Part shown: piece by piece, positions 39,735-51,727 of the stretch
How positions within the stretch are numbered: position 1 is the stretch's first letter
Layout: the number at the start of each line of letters is the position of its first letter
From: Tricharina praecox
Taxonomy: Eukaryota
DNA: 64,000 nt
Reading direction: 5' to 3'
Assembly: GCF_024521635.1 (NCBI RefSeq)
Contig: NW_026250404.1
Coordinates: forward strand, 2,046,001 to 2,110,000
The notes under the pieces: generated by a model
Database searches by the model: none
Seen by the model: the letters and a program-made list of their open reading frames with translations, nothing else
What the model was told of the DNA's origin: nothing
Translations under genes and position numbers: made by a program

Positions 39735-40631
39735 AGTGGGGGTGGTATCGGGTTGGAGATTAAAAGGTTGTTCTGTACATTCCGGCGTCTTTTTTCAGCA
39801 TCATCGGCTTTGTTTTCTCGCGAAACGCATTTTCTCTGGTCATTTTCAGAAGCTAGGGACGCATTTGCTATACATTGTTCTCGTTCTCGGCTCTTTCTTT
39901 TTTTACTTTGCAAGTTGTACTAGACATCAGGAAGTTGGTTTTTCATTTTTTTTCACGCTTTACGATTTACCCTGTGTATTTGTCCTGTTACTTTGTTCTG
40001 TTGTTCTATTCTCATACTGAGGATCTATGGCGGCGGATCGGTGGGCGCCGAATAGTCTCTCTTGTCTTTGTAGATGGTTGATGTAACTGATTGTCCGTGC
40101 TCTTCGGCCGGGAGGACCGTTCGACGGATGTGCGAAGTGGAACACAGTTTATATCAGACTCTCGCACGGACCACAGTTTGCGTGAAGAGATTTGCCCCCA
40201 ATACATCGCCGTTGCCGAAATGTCCACAGCTTTTCCCCCGAGCCGGCAAACCACATATGGGCGAGGTTGTGTGTCAAGAAGTGCCCTTTACCGTTGCCGG
40301 TTCGGTTGGACCGGTCTGTACTGGTGTTTTGATCGTCCCGCTTTGCTTCATGGATCCGCTCGTATCACCACACCTTCACAGGGATAGGCGCGCCGCCCCC
40401 GGTCCAGCCAATCGAAACACCATTCCTTCTGCCACCACCACCACACGACATACGCTTTACCTATCACCTCCCATCTATCAATCATCTCTCTGCATATCCC
40501 CCCCGCCTTCGCCCCCCACAGCTCGTATCTCCCCCTCCCCGCTGCTGCCTGCCTAGCTTCCCCGCTATGCGCACGAATTGCTGCCGCAGGCATTGAAACG
40601 GATCCCGCAGCACACCGTCCACCCCAATCCA

Positions 40632-43600
40632 ATGCTTCCCACCACACCAGCCGCAGCAAAGCCCCACCGGCAGCCAATTATCTACCCGGCCACTGCTGGC
40701 CCTGCTGGGGTGAACGCCAATGGCCAAACATTCATTCTGTATCCAGAAAGCTCCTCATCGGTCCCCGCGGCGGGGCACATCCATCATCATCACCACCAGC
40801 TCCACCACTTCCCACCACCAGCAGCACCGCCCTCGCATCAACTAGCCATGCTGCGTCCGACGATGCCGATGAATCCCGCCTGGATGCCGTACCAACAGGC
40901 CCTGCCCACACCGGACCACAACCACCACCACAACCACGACCACCACCAGGAGGATCCGAAATCGTCGCCCCACAGGAGTCAGTGGTACCCGGATGTGTAC
41001 TCGAAATCCTTCATCTCGGATCATGAGCGCTCCATCAATATCTACCCCGCGTCGACGGTCAGGGCCCAGCCGCCACCGCGTGTGGACTTCGCCCGGTTCG
41101 TTGAGAACTTCGCGGGGAAGGGATTCCTGTCGCAATGGGTGCCCGCTGTGATGCCGATGGAGATGGCGACAAACGCTGTGGCGGTTAATAGTCGCCCCAG
41201 TGGCAGTGGGGGCGACAAGAGAGCGGGGAAGAATAAGAGGATCTCTATCAGATCACCGGCTACCGGAATGGAGATCGCGATCGGTCCGTTCGCGCTTGAT
41301 TCCGAAAACTACGGGGCACATTTCTTGAAGCTCCTGGCGGAGGAAATCGCGGCGGATGATACGATCAGTAAGAGCTATAATCTGTACAATGCTACGATCA
41401 TTCCGCAGGATCCTAGCCAGTTTCTGTTTCAACTGCAGCTGCCGGGGTTAAGGGAGAATACACCGATGGTCCAGCTTGGAGATCTGATTAAACTCAGGCA
41501 GGTCAAGCCGGGAATGCCAGGGTACTATCCGGTGTTTACGGGTTACGAGCACGAGACGTATGTTTACGGAATCGATAAGACGGTGGGATATGTGGTCCTG
41601 AGGGCGGATGGGCTATGGCTGGAGCCGGGAGGGAAGTTCAATGTGATTTTCGGAGTTCAGGAACAGCGGTGGGAGGGATGCAAGCGGGCGATTGCCAACA
41701 TTGGGAATTCGCTGCCGATTCCCGGCCAGAAGAAAACCGAGGATGGCACCGATACCGCCGAGCGTCCGTACTTGAAAAGGATGCTATTTCCGGAGAAGTC
41801 GGATGGGAAGATGCAGCACACGCTCACCCGAGGGGTATTTGAGACGCACTGGATCGATAGGGAGTTGAATTACGAGCAGGTAAGTGCACAAAATCTACCC
41901 CTCTCTTTGAACTGATTCCATAGGAGTCAATGGTATTTTGACTGTTGGACTACATTTTTTGTTGGACGGTCATGGATGTATTTGGTAGTTAATGGGATGA
42001 TCGAGTTTTACTGGTTTTGGTACGAAGTGAGATGTGTACTAAACCGCGTGTGTGTGTCCTGCAGCATAAAGCTGTTGATTCGATCCTGAGGCAGGATTAC
42101 GGGAGCGTTCCTTTCATAATATCCGGTCCTCCTGGGACGGGAAAGACGAAGACGATCGTCGAAGCAGGTACATATCTCGATTCCACCCTCCGTTGATGCA
42201 TCGTTCAATCGGCTGACTTGATACCGAATAGTCCTTCAGCTCATCTATGCACCTCGAACTCCAAGGCACCACATACTGCTCTGCGCCCCTTCGCAGGAGG
42301 CTGCTGACACTCTTGCCCTCCGGCTAGCCCAGCATCTCGACCCGACGGTGCTTTTCCGCCTGCAATCGAACACCCGGACGTTCTCGGAGGTCCCCATCAG
42401 GCTGATGACCTACACCCACATCGAGAACGACATGTTTTCGATTCCGGAGTGGAAAAAGCTCATGAGATTCCGGGTTGTCGTCTGCTCATGCCGCGATGCG
42501 GATATCCTGGTCCAGGCGCGATGTACAAATCGCGATCTCGGCCGTTGGGAGAAGAGCGTGGTAGACTCGTTGCGTGGAGTCGCCGAGGACTCGCCGGATT
42601 TTGTGGAGGTCGGGGAGAGTGTGCGTCTCCATTGGTCCGCTCTACTCGTCGACGAGGCTGCTCAGGGAATGGAGCCTGAGATTGTCATTCCTTTGTCGGT
42701 TGTTGCGCCACCAGAAGAGGCCAGCAGTGATAAACCCATCGTGGTCATGGTCGGGGACCAGCGTCAGCTCGGACCCATCACCGTGAAGGATGGGGAGCTG
42801 AGGATAAGTGCTTTCGAGAGACTGTTTGCTAGGCCGATCTACAGCGAACACCCGTGGCGAAGGGAGCTATATTCGACTTTTGGTGGCATCAAAGGTCGTT
42901 CGGAGGAGGTGACGGCAGATCTTCGAGCAAAGATGCTAGTAGGTTATCCATCATTTCCATGTAAACTGTGGTTACTGACGGAGGTGTAGCCGTGTCTTTA
43001 CCCAGCGTTCACCAACTTGGTCCGGAATTACCGCTCTCACGCAGCCATCCTTGCGGTACCTTCGGCGTTCTTCTACAACGACACCTTGATCCCCGAAGCT
43101 ACGGATTCAAGCGCCCTGGAAGGCTGGACCGGTTGGAAAGGATCCCCCGTCATGCCCGTAAAGCTGATACTCAACTCCGGCCTTGACGAATCTCACGAAG
43201 AAGCCATTTCATTCTACAATCTCCGCGAGATTAAGCTTGCGGTTGAAACCGTTCAGTCCCTTCTGTCGCCCGATTTCTGGCCTGAGGACGAAAACGGGAA
43301 AAATACAGTGCCCATCACTCCGCACCAAATCGCCGTGATGTCGCCTTTCCGAGAACAGGTTAAGCGCCTCCGAAAGGCCTTTAGGGCAGCGGATCTGAAT
43401 AAGGTCAACGTCGGACCAGTCGAGGCTTACCAGGGTGCCGAATATCGCTTCGTCATCATCTGCACTACGCGAGCCAGGGAGCGGTTCCTCAAGAATGACA
43501 GAGAGAAAGGCGCCGGCCTGATATTCGAGGAGAGGCGCGCCAATGTTGCCTTAACCCGAGCTAAGCAAGGCCTGGTCGTCATTGGCAACCCGTGGATCCT

Positions 43601-44021
43601 TGAGCGCGACAGCATCTGGCGGGAATGGATGAGCTTCGCCTGGCGCCACGACGCCGTCGACTTTGATTCCGAGGAAGACTTCAGCCCCAGGGCCAAGCAC
43701 AAGGAGAAGGTGTTCACTCCCGACCTCTCGGCTTCACCCGCCTCCTCCTCCGCCACTTCTGCCTGCGCCACACCAAAAACCTACGCTTCCGTTCAATCCG
43801 CGGGGAAATCTAAGCCTGTCAATGCATGGCGACCGCGCGGGGATGTCGAGTCGACAGGTCTGTTTAGTAGACTTGAGACGGCGTTGGTGTTCAGGTCCAA
43901 GGCGAGGGATGGCGCAGTGTTCGGATTCAATTCAGGATGGGATGAGGACGATCCCATGTTTCTGGCGGGAATTGCGGCGGAGGAGGAGGTTACGAGGCAG
44001 ATTGAGATCAATGGGTGGTAA
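40632..44021 (+). CDS. UPF1-like SF1B RNA helicase, MOV10/SDE3/Armitage-like
   Basis: 'LNYEQ|HKAV', Walker A 'GPPGTGKT', 'LLCAPSQEAAD', 'LVDEAAQGMEPE', 'GDQRQLGP', 'LVRNYRSH', 'VEAYQGAE', 'NVALTRAK'; introns 41880-42064, 42168-42231, 42939-42989. Confidence 0.88.
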
Positions 44022-44325
44022 TAGGTTGTTTTTTTCACTTTCTTCCTGGTATAATTTAGGGCGAAGGAGGTTTTTTTTCTGGTAATACGTGGGATGGGAT
44101 TGTCATTTTTTTTTGAAGGGAAGGTTTTTTTTTTCTGGTAATACGTAGGATGGAATTGTCATTTGTTTTAGGGCGATGAGATGAGATGAGATGGGATGGG
44201 ATGGGAATATGCTGTCTTCTGTGGTGTTCAATTGTTGCAACTTGCTGCTTGGTATTATTATTAGCTAGAGAATTGGCTTGATTGCTTTGATTTGACCGTC
44301 CATGCCATATACTACGTAAAAAAGG

Positions 44326-45112
44326 TACAGCAGTGTACAATTTACGTAGTGTAGACACTGTCTGAACTTCTCAGTTCTGTAGTGACTCGACAGCTCTGTA
44401 TTCAGCTCAATCCGTATAGTTTCCTCTGCAGCATTTATTTAGCAGGCCTACGGCACTTCCTGCCTTACACGAATGTCGTAAATGTTTGCTTGCGTACACT
44501 AGGTCTTACTCACAGTACTTTTCAGTGACCGGAATATTCTACTCAGCACGGCATTTCTTCCGTAGGCCTCCTGTCGTCATGGTGTCATGGTTTTACTACA
44601 GTCGGTAAAAAAGCCTTGTCCTTGTCGTACTCGGGCTGGCGAACTGTGGACAATCACACGATGTCACCTTCGAGGCCGCCGTGATATTCCATGAAATTCG
44701 AATCGACGTCGAGGTGCTTAACACCTTCACAGTCCGCCTACATATGTGTTGCTTTCGGCCATTCGATTACTGAAACTGGGTACTTGGTTAGCATGGCAAC
44801 GGCTTCTCTGCACCAGGTATGTTGGCGTGCGAATATGGTGGTTCGATGGTGGTTCTCTGGTATTCTGGACAGTGCGAAATATTTTGCATCTGGAAGAACT
44901 GCGGTGGTTCCTCGGGCTTTGTAGTAAGTGTATCTTGACAACACTGCGTATGATTTTTCGATACCGTAGAATTGAGGCTATAGGAACCAAAAAAATTCAG
45001 AATAAATCTGTATTCTGTATTCTCCTGAGATTATTGGATTTAAATCCGTGCGGTAGTACTACTAGTAACTGGAGACCTTCGGCATCAATCGGCCCCACGT
45101 TTTGCTACTGTA
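44326..45112 (-). mobile_element. Non-coding interspersed element, copy 2 (inverted relative to copy 1; ~135 bp longer, extra sequence near 44610-44760)
   Basis: Reverse-complement similarity to 31334-31984 with the same TA-flanked ends. Confidence 0.75.
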
Positions 45113-45387
45113 GTCATAGTGAGGGTATATAAAGCGTGATGTACCGCCGTCTATCCCTTGGATCCCTTGGATTGTCTTTGGAACTCTGCACTACGGTGAC
45201 TGAAGCTGGGGGTTTAGAGGACGGGAGAGCGCAGTGCGGGGTGTGCGGTAAGAGTGATGGTGAGTGCTGCGGTGAGCTTGGTGGGCAAACAAGAGTTACC
45301 GCCGCACCACCCATCATCCGTCACCGCATTGCAAGCCCACCTCCCTTCAGCCTTTAGCGCTGGTGATCCCATCCTGACATGCAGCCC

Positions 45388-45503
45388 CCCATTCAACCAC
45401 TCCCACCCCATTCAACCACCCATTCAACAACAAACCCTCATTCAACCTCCGCTCCCCATTCAGCCACACACGCTACATTCAACCTCCCCTCTCCATTCAA
45501 CCA
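45388..45503. repeat. Degenerate minisatellite with 7 CATTCA(A/G)C cores
   Basis: CATTCAAC/CATTCAGC recurring at irregular ~11-21 bp spacing. Confidence 0.75.
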
Positions 45504-46141
45504 CGCAAGCTCTGCTGCAGTAAATTCTCTTCTTCCTCGAACGAAGGGCCGAAGCATAACAGAGTGAGACGCAGTGGATATAGATATAGGCTTGGAGTTA
45601 CGCAGCTCACCGGTTATCACTCGACTTACCTCTTCCCTTCCGCCTCTGTTATCGCCATTATCACTCGGCGATACTTCGGCCAGCAAGAACCAACCCGCGG
45701 ACTCGGGGCCTACGTGCAGAAAGCCGAGTCGACCGAGTGATGGCTGCCGTTCAATGACGTTCAATAGTGCGCGACGGACGACCATGAGCGGCAGCGCCAC
45801 TCGTCTCCTCCTGGCGGGATTTCGATGTAGATCCGGAGTCACTCTTCAAACTTTGATAGCCCAGTCCTGGTACCGAATCGGTCTCTCCAACATCTGCCAA
45901 CCGACACCACGTGATTGTGATTTGTGGCGAGACTTTCCCGTCAGCATGTCCGTACTACCTAGCACATAGCAACGGGCTTCCGCACAATCGGCCCACAAAG
46001 CTTCTTGACTCTGGAACCCGTATGATAAAGTATGATAAAGTATGACAAAGTGAGCTGTTGTCCGGGTGGTGGATCGTCCGTCCGGACAATAGAACAGGGG
46101 ACTGGATGTAGGGTGGGGGCCGTCACGGGCGGGTTTCTAGG

Positions 46142-46203
46142 GCAGGTTTCTGGGGAACGAATACGTCCTGTGCAGGTTTCAGGAGAACGAATACGGCCTG
46201 TGC
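46142..46203. repeat. 30-bp tandem duplication
   Basis: GCAGGTTTCTGGGGAACGAATACGTCCTGT / GCAGGTTTCAGGAGAACGAATACGGCCTGT. Confidence 0.85.
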
Positions 46204-46897
46204 GGAGAGTGGAAAGCCTGGATATATCACTATAGTATAGGTGCCTATAGGTACCTACCTAATCACATGCTGCCTGCTACCTACATGGTCTATTGAGTGG
46301 TAGGTAGTCCGGTGGATACCGACGACGGAACAGGATTTGATATAGAAAATAAAGTTCTACCATGAGGTTTGGAACAGCGAGCGACTGATATGTAGATATA
46401 ATGCAGTCCGTAGAAATATGGGATCCAGATGGGCTCGGGTGATAGACAATGCCGGGGTAGGCACGCGAGTTGTGCAAATGACATGTTTAATAATCGTTTC
46501 AATCTTCTAAACCCATCGGCATGCCCGATATGACGCGGCAGCGGCCCGCTGTGTTGGTGGAAGCAACCATGGCAATCGCATCTTTCGCTCATACTGGCAC
46601 TTCCTAGGCTTTGTGAAGAGAAATTATGGACAAGTACTTCTTAAGTAACCACTGCCGTTTCATTAAAACTTTTAAACAAAAGCACGCACCGTCTATATAA
46701 CCGTACCGATACAGGGTATGATGCCACTGATTTATAGTGCCTATAATGCCACCTCCAAATATGTCGCCATAAAAACCGCAAAAAAATAATCCAAAAAGAT
46801 CTTGCAACGAATCGAAAATATCCCTCCCACGATGCCACCCTTGCACCCCCGCAAATATAACCCAATAGATCTAGATCTATCCCCCCCTCCGGGGCAC

Positions 46898-48724
46898 TTA
46901 GTCCAAGTTGATGGGGTGGTTCTTCCTGATTTGCGCGCCGTGCTTGTAGATCAACCAGATGGCCGGCACGAGGGCCAAACTGATGAAGCCGAGCAAGCTG
47001 TTTCCCCATCCGAGACCGAGCTTTGCGTACATGGGACCTCCAGCAAGCGGGAGGACTGCGCCGACCAAACTCCTGGTTGCCGTCAATGCGGCGACGGCGG
47101 AGGCGGCGTGCTCAACGAAGGCGTCGATCATGTAGGTCTGTCATTTCCATCCGTTAGGTTTTTGTAAAGAAGGGGGGGCGATAATAATGATGAAGGGAGA
47201 ACTAACCTGAACCGGCACAAAAATACCCATCATTCCAATTCCGAAGGGCATGATTCCAATGATGGGAACGATCCAGTGCGTCGCCTTGTCGGCCGACCAT
47301 CCGTACCAGAAGAGGGATATGGGGATCAAGCAAGCGAAGCCGGCTGACAGCGGCAGGCGCATCTCCGGTTCGGCGACGCCGTTATTGCGCTTCGCCAACG
47401 TGACCACCATCCTGTCATTTGTGACAGCCATGATCGCCAGCCCGATGAAGAATCCGATGCCGATGCCGAGGTATGCGAGGCCGGTGATCTCGGGCTCCCA
47501 GCCGTACTGCTGCGCAAAGACGAGGGTCATGCTGGTGAAGAGGAGATACAGGATTCCGTAGATCAACGACATGTAGATGCACATCAGAGCGCTGATGGGC
47601 GAGCGCGCGATAAGCTTGAGAGGCCGCGTCAAGCCGTTTCTCAACACCTGACGGGGCGTACGGCCGGGGTGACTCTTGTCGTACCAACTGATTAGGTCCG
47701 GGTTACCGGTCTCCTTCCTGAGACGAGCAGTCTTGCGGGCGATGAGGACGTGGGGGTTGGACTCTTCGTTGACCACAAAGATCAGCGTAGTGATGAGTCC
47801 TCCGGCAATCAGGAGAACCCAGTAAACCCATCTCCATCCGGCCCGCTGCGCCAGAAATCCACCGGCGATGGGGCCAACAACGGGACCGAATAGTGGGCCA
47901 AGGGAGTACATTGCTGTTGCCATGCCTCGCTGGTCGGGTGCGAAGAGGTCCGAGATGACTCCACCGCCGATAGTGAGACATCCAGAACCACCCACTCCAG
48001 CAAGGAAACGGAACGCAATCAGTGATCCTAGGTTGGGCGCAAGGGCGCACCCAATCTGCCAGACTACGAAGAAGATGTTACCACTATCTAGCACGCGTCT
48101 CCGCCCGTAGATCTCCGACAGTGGTGAGAGAAGTAGGGGACCTACGGCCCACCCTAGAACGAAAACCGAAACGACGAACGAGGAAAGTTCGCTGGAGTGA
48201 TTGTTGAACTCTTTGTTCATGAACGAGATTCCCGGCGCAAACATGGCGGAAGCCAGAGGACTAGGTAGCTGCAAGTCAGTAAACACGGAAGAATATGGCA
48301 CGGCGGGGTGACCGGATTGCGCAACGCACCTGATGAACGTGATCATTGAAACCAGACTAAGCATAGAGAACTTCTTCTTATCCGTCCAGTTGCGAGGGTT
48401 TTCCGGATCATCCTCACTATCCCATCCCACGATATTCCGGGAAAGATCTGTGAGGGGGTGCTCGTAATTGGTCTCCTCGACTTGCGACTTGTGACTCTTG
48501 TTAGTCGAGGTGCGTTTGAGTTCAAGTGATCGGCCGTGTTCGAGGTCCTTGCCATGGGCGAGCGGCGACTGTTGCGGTTTGATCTCTTCAAGCTCCATAC
48601 CGCTGCTACCTTGGGCCACTGAATGTGCCAGCGAACTGGTGGATGAGTTCGGGTCGACCATGGTGGAAGAGCTTGTCTGTGGTGGAGATACGGGGATTTT
48701 TTCGTTCGTACGATCCATGGTCAT
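46898..48724 (-). CDS. MFS multidrug/polyamine transporter, DHA1 (Tpo1/Flr1-like) family
   Basis: 'WDSEDDPENPRNW', motif A 'PLSEIYGRR', 'GPVVGPIAGGFL', 'PEMRLP', multiple TM segments; introns near 48329-48265 and 47207-47139. Confidence 0.92.
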
Positions 48725-49858
48725 TCCACTCTCCGAAGGAGGACGGAAGAAGGTGAAAGATCTTATAAATCCAGGCGATGCAAGGTGGGGGGCGGTGAGG
48801 AAATACTGGTTAGCAGGATAATATCCAAGGCGTCCCAGCTATGTGATTATGGTTGCTGCGGATCCCTGAACCGTGCCGGTGAAGCGAGACTCGAAGGGAA
48901 ATGTTGCGTCAAGATTCCGGTAATTTCTATCGATCAGGAGCTGCACCGAAGGGAATTGAACTGGCTTTAATAATCGAACAGATGAACCGAATAAAACGGG
49001 AATGCGGCGTGATGGTCAGAACAGGAACGAGGGACGTGACGACATCCACCTTGAAGGAGCGAATGAATAAATGTAGATGGACGGTTCGAGAAAGCTATTG
49101 GGGGTGGGTGTGACAAAAGGGCAGATAAACCCGGGCCTTAAGGCAGGGCCAGCGGCCGTTCGTGATGGTGACAGCTTGGGGAAGCGGATTCCGCCAGCAT
49201 CTCGGCTTCCGCCCGCAGCTCGGTTTCCGCCAGGGTCTTTGTGCGACATCAGGATAAGGGTTTCTCCAGCTCAATTCGCACCCCACAACAGCACGGATAA
49301 TGCATGCTAGCTGTGACGGATCTGACATGATTCGACGCGCGGGCTCCGAAAACGAGAGGGCGGAGCGGGAGACGTCTAGGTATGCATAGAGTAGTGCACT
49401 TGGAGCGGGTGCCGGGGAATAGGTGGGTATCCGAGCGCAGCTACACAGATAGGCGGCGTTCCATCACGGTCCGTTCCGACCGGTTTCACGTCGGGCAGAG
49501 TTATGCATACGCCGTGGCTTGGGGGTGCCAAGGTTCGGAGTAGGCATCTTCCACGTGTCCGCCACCATGAAGATCTCTGCGATACCCATCGTATCTACAT
49601 CGTGTGCCGGGTAGCCGGATGTTTAATTTGCTATGTATGCAGCGGAGTATCAGCCGAGTATCAGCCGTTGCCGACGTGTTTTGTGTTCATGCCAAGCTCT
49701 GCCCTCATAAACGAGTTCGTTTGGCTGAATCTTAACCTACATACGAACAAGCTTCTGAAATTCACACATATGTAGACACCATTTAAGTTTATATTCCGGC
49801 GGGTGCCGCCATAGTTAACGCCGCCCTGTTTATGTATACGAATGCTCTCGTGCGCTTC

Positions 49859-50961
49859 CTACGCTAACTTTTCCGCCAAAATCTTCTCACTCAGTGCCCA
49901 CAGACTATCGGTTAGTGTTTGATCCTGCGCCTGCTTTGACGGCTCTGTCACCTTGTTCGGAGGCGTAATCTGTTGACCTCGGCGTTAGCACCTTTCCTCC
50001 CTCCCCGAAAGCCCAGGCACCTGGCATCACTCACATATTGGCCGGTAATATTTTCTTTCTTGACATCCTCCGCAGTGGCGGCAAACAGCGCGGGTAGACA
50101 ACCATCGGTGATAGGGTCCTTCATGAACGTCCTCACGATGGGCGTCGCAACCTTCCCGAGGAGACCATACGCCTCCTCAGCCTGATCTGGTTGCGTAGTG
50201 TTCACGGCGCCCGGATGCGTCGCATTAGCGAAGATATTAGCCACCTCGCCGGGCCCGAGCCTTCCGTCGTTGAGCCGCTGCACGAGCCCCCGGATGAACA
50301 GGATCTGCGCGAGTTTTGAGCGGTTGTAGAGATACGACGGGCCGATGTCCGTGTTGATCTCGTCGACGCTGGCGAATTTGACGGAGGACGGTGCGGAGCT
50401 GTGGAGACTCGATGCTTGGACGACGATGCGGGCGTCGTGGTGCTCCTTCGCCGTCTTGCGGAGCAGCGGGAGGAGCGTCAGGATCAGATGCATCTGGGCA
50501 AGGTGGTTGATCTGGAAGTGGGTGTCTATATCTGGGGGTCAACATCTGGGTTCGAAACGGAGGAAGGCCAGACCGATGGGTATCTACATACCGAGACCGT
50601 CTTTCGACACATTATAAACGCCCACGCCACAGCCGGCATTGCATACCAGCGCATCCAGTCGAGTAAGCTTCGAGCTTAGTTCCTTCGCAGTCTTATCGAC
50701 CTGTCGGAGATCTCGGAGGTCGCAGTTGATGTACTCGATCTTGGACACATCGCCGTACTTTTGGAGCTCTTGTTTGGCAAGCGTGGCGTGCTCGGGAAGC
50801 TCGGAGAGCATGTACACACGCTCGGGGTTGTGGGAAAGGAGGTTTGCGGTGATACCGAAGCCGATACCGGCAGTACCGCCGGTAACGAGGAAGACCTTCG
50901 ACACGAGCTGGGGGATTGTGGAGCAGCTCCAGGTCGGCGTAGAGGAGAAAATCGAGGCCAT
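49859..50961 (-). CDS. Short-chain dehydrogenase/reductase (retinol dehydrogenase/WWOX-like)
   Basis: 'TGGTAGIG' Rossmann motif, 'LVCNAG', catalytic 'YNRSK', 'HPGAVNT', C-terminal 'LWALSEK'; two introns. Confidence 0.92.
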
Positions 50962-51727
50962 TGTGTGTATGTAACTGTCTGTCTGTCTGTCTGTCTGATG
51001 GAGCAATGCGTGAGCTTGGTGAAGCGTATGTAGAACCCATCGACGAAGCGTTTTTGTATGAAAGTAATTCTCGCGCCTACGTCAGATGCGTGTCGTACAT
51101 CTCGGACCCTGAGGTGGTTCCTGCTCAAGTCCGATCTCAAGCCTCGTCGCTCCATCTCTTGGCATCGTCCGGTGATCTACGGTACGATAATCCATGACGC
51201 ACTCCGGATCTTGTGTAACACTGGGCACTCTGAATCTTGTGCAACACAGAGCACTCTAGATCCACCCACAGACGTCTGACATCATGAAGTTTACTTTTTG
51301 GAGGCTCTCTATATGTAACTCAACAATTTTGTGGACTGCATTTTAGAATAACTCAAAACCTGCAGACCTAGGTTTGGCCCCAGAAGATACATACACACCA
51401 ACGCGTCCGACGCCGCTCGGGTAATCCTGCCGCCCAAACTCTCGAAGAGATATGTAGAGTTCCGAGGATCCGGCCATCTACGCGAGTGATTTTCAAAGTC
51501 GATCGGTGTCGGCGGACCGCCACACGGACATGAAGTAACATCCCGTAGGGATTATGATTAGATTATTTTAACAGAAAAAGAAGAAGAAGAAAAAGAAGAG
51601 AATTTCCAAACAAAATCTCCACACTAAAGCGTGTCGCCTCCACGGGAATTCCGCCTATTTCATTCACCGGTAGCCGTTATTCTGAACTACTGGTCTACGA
51701 TCTTGGACTTTAATCAGCCAGCTGGTT

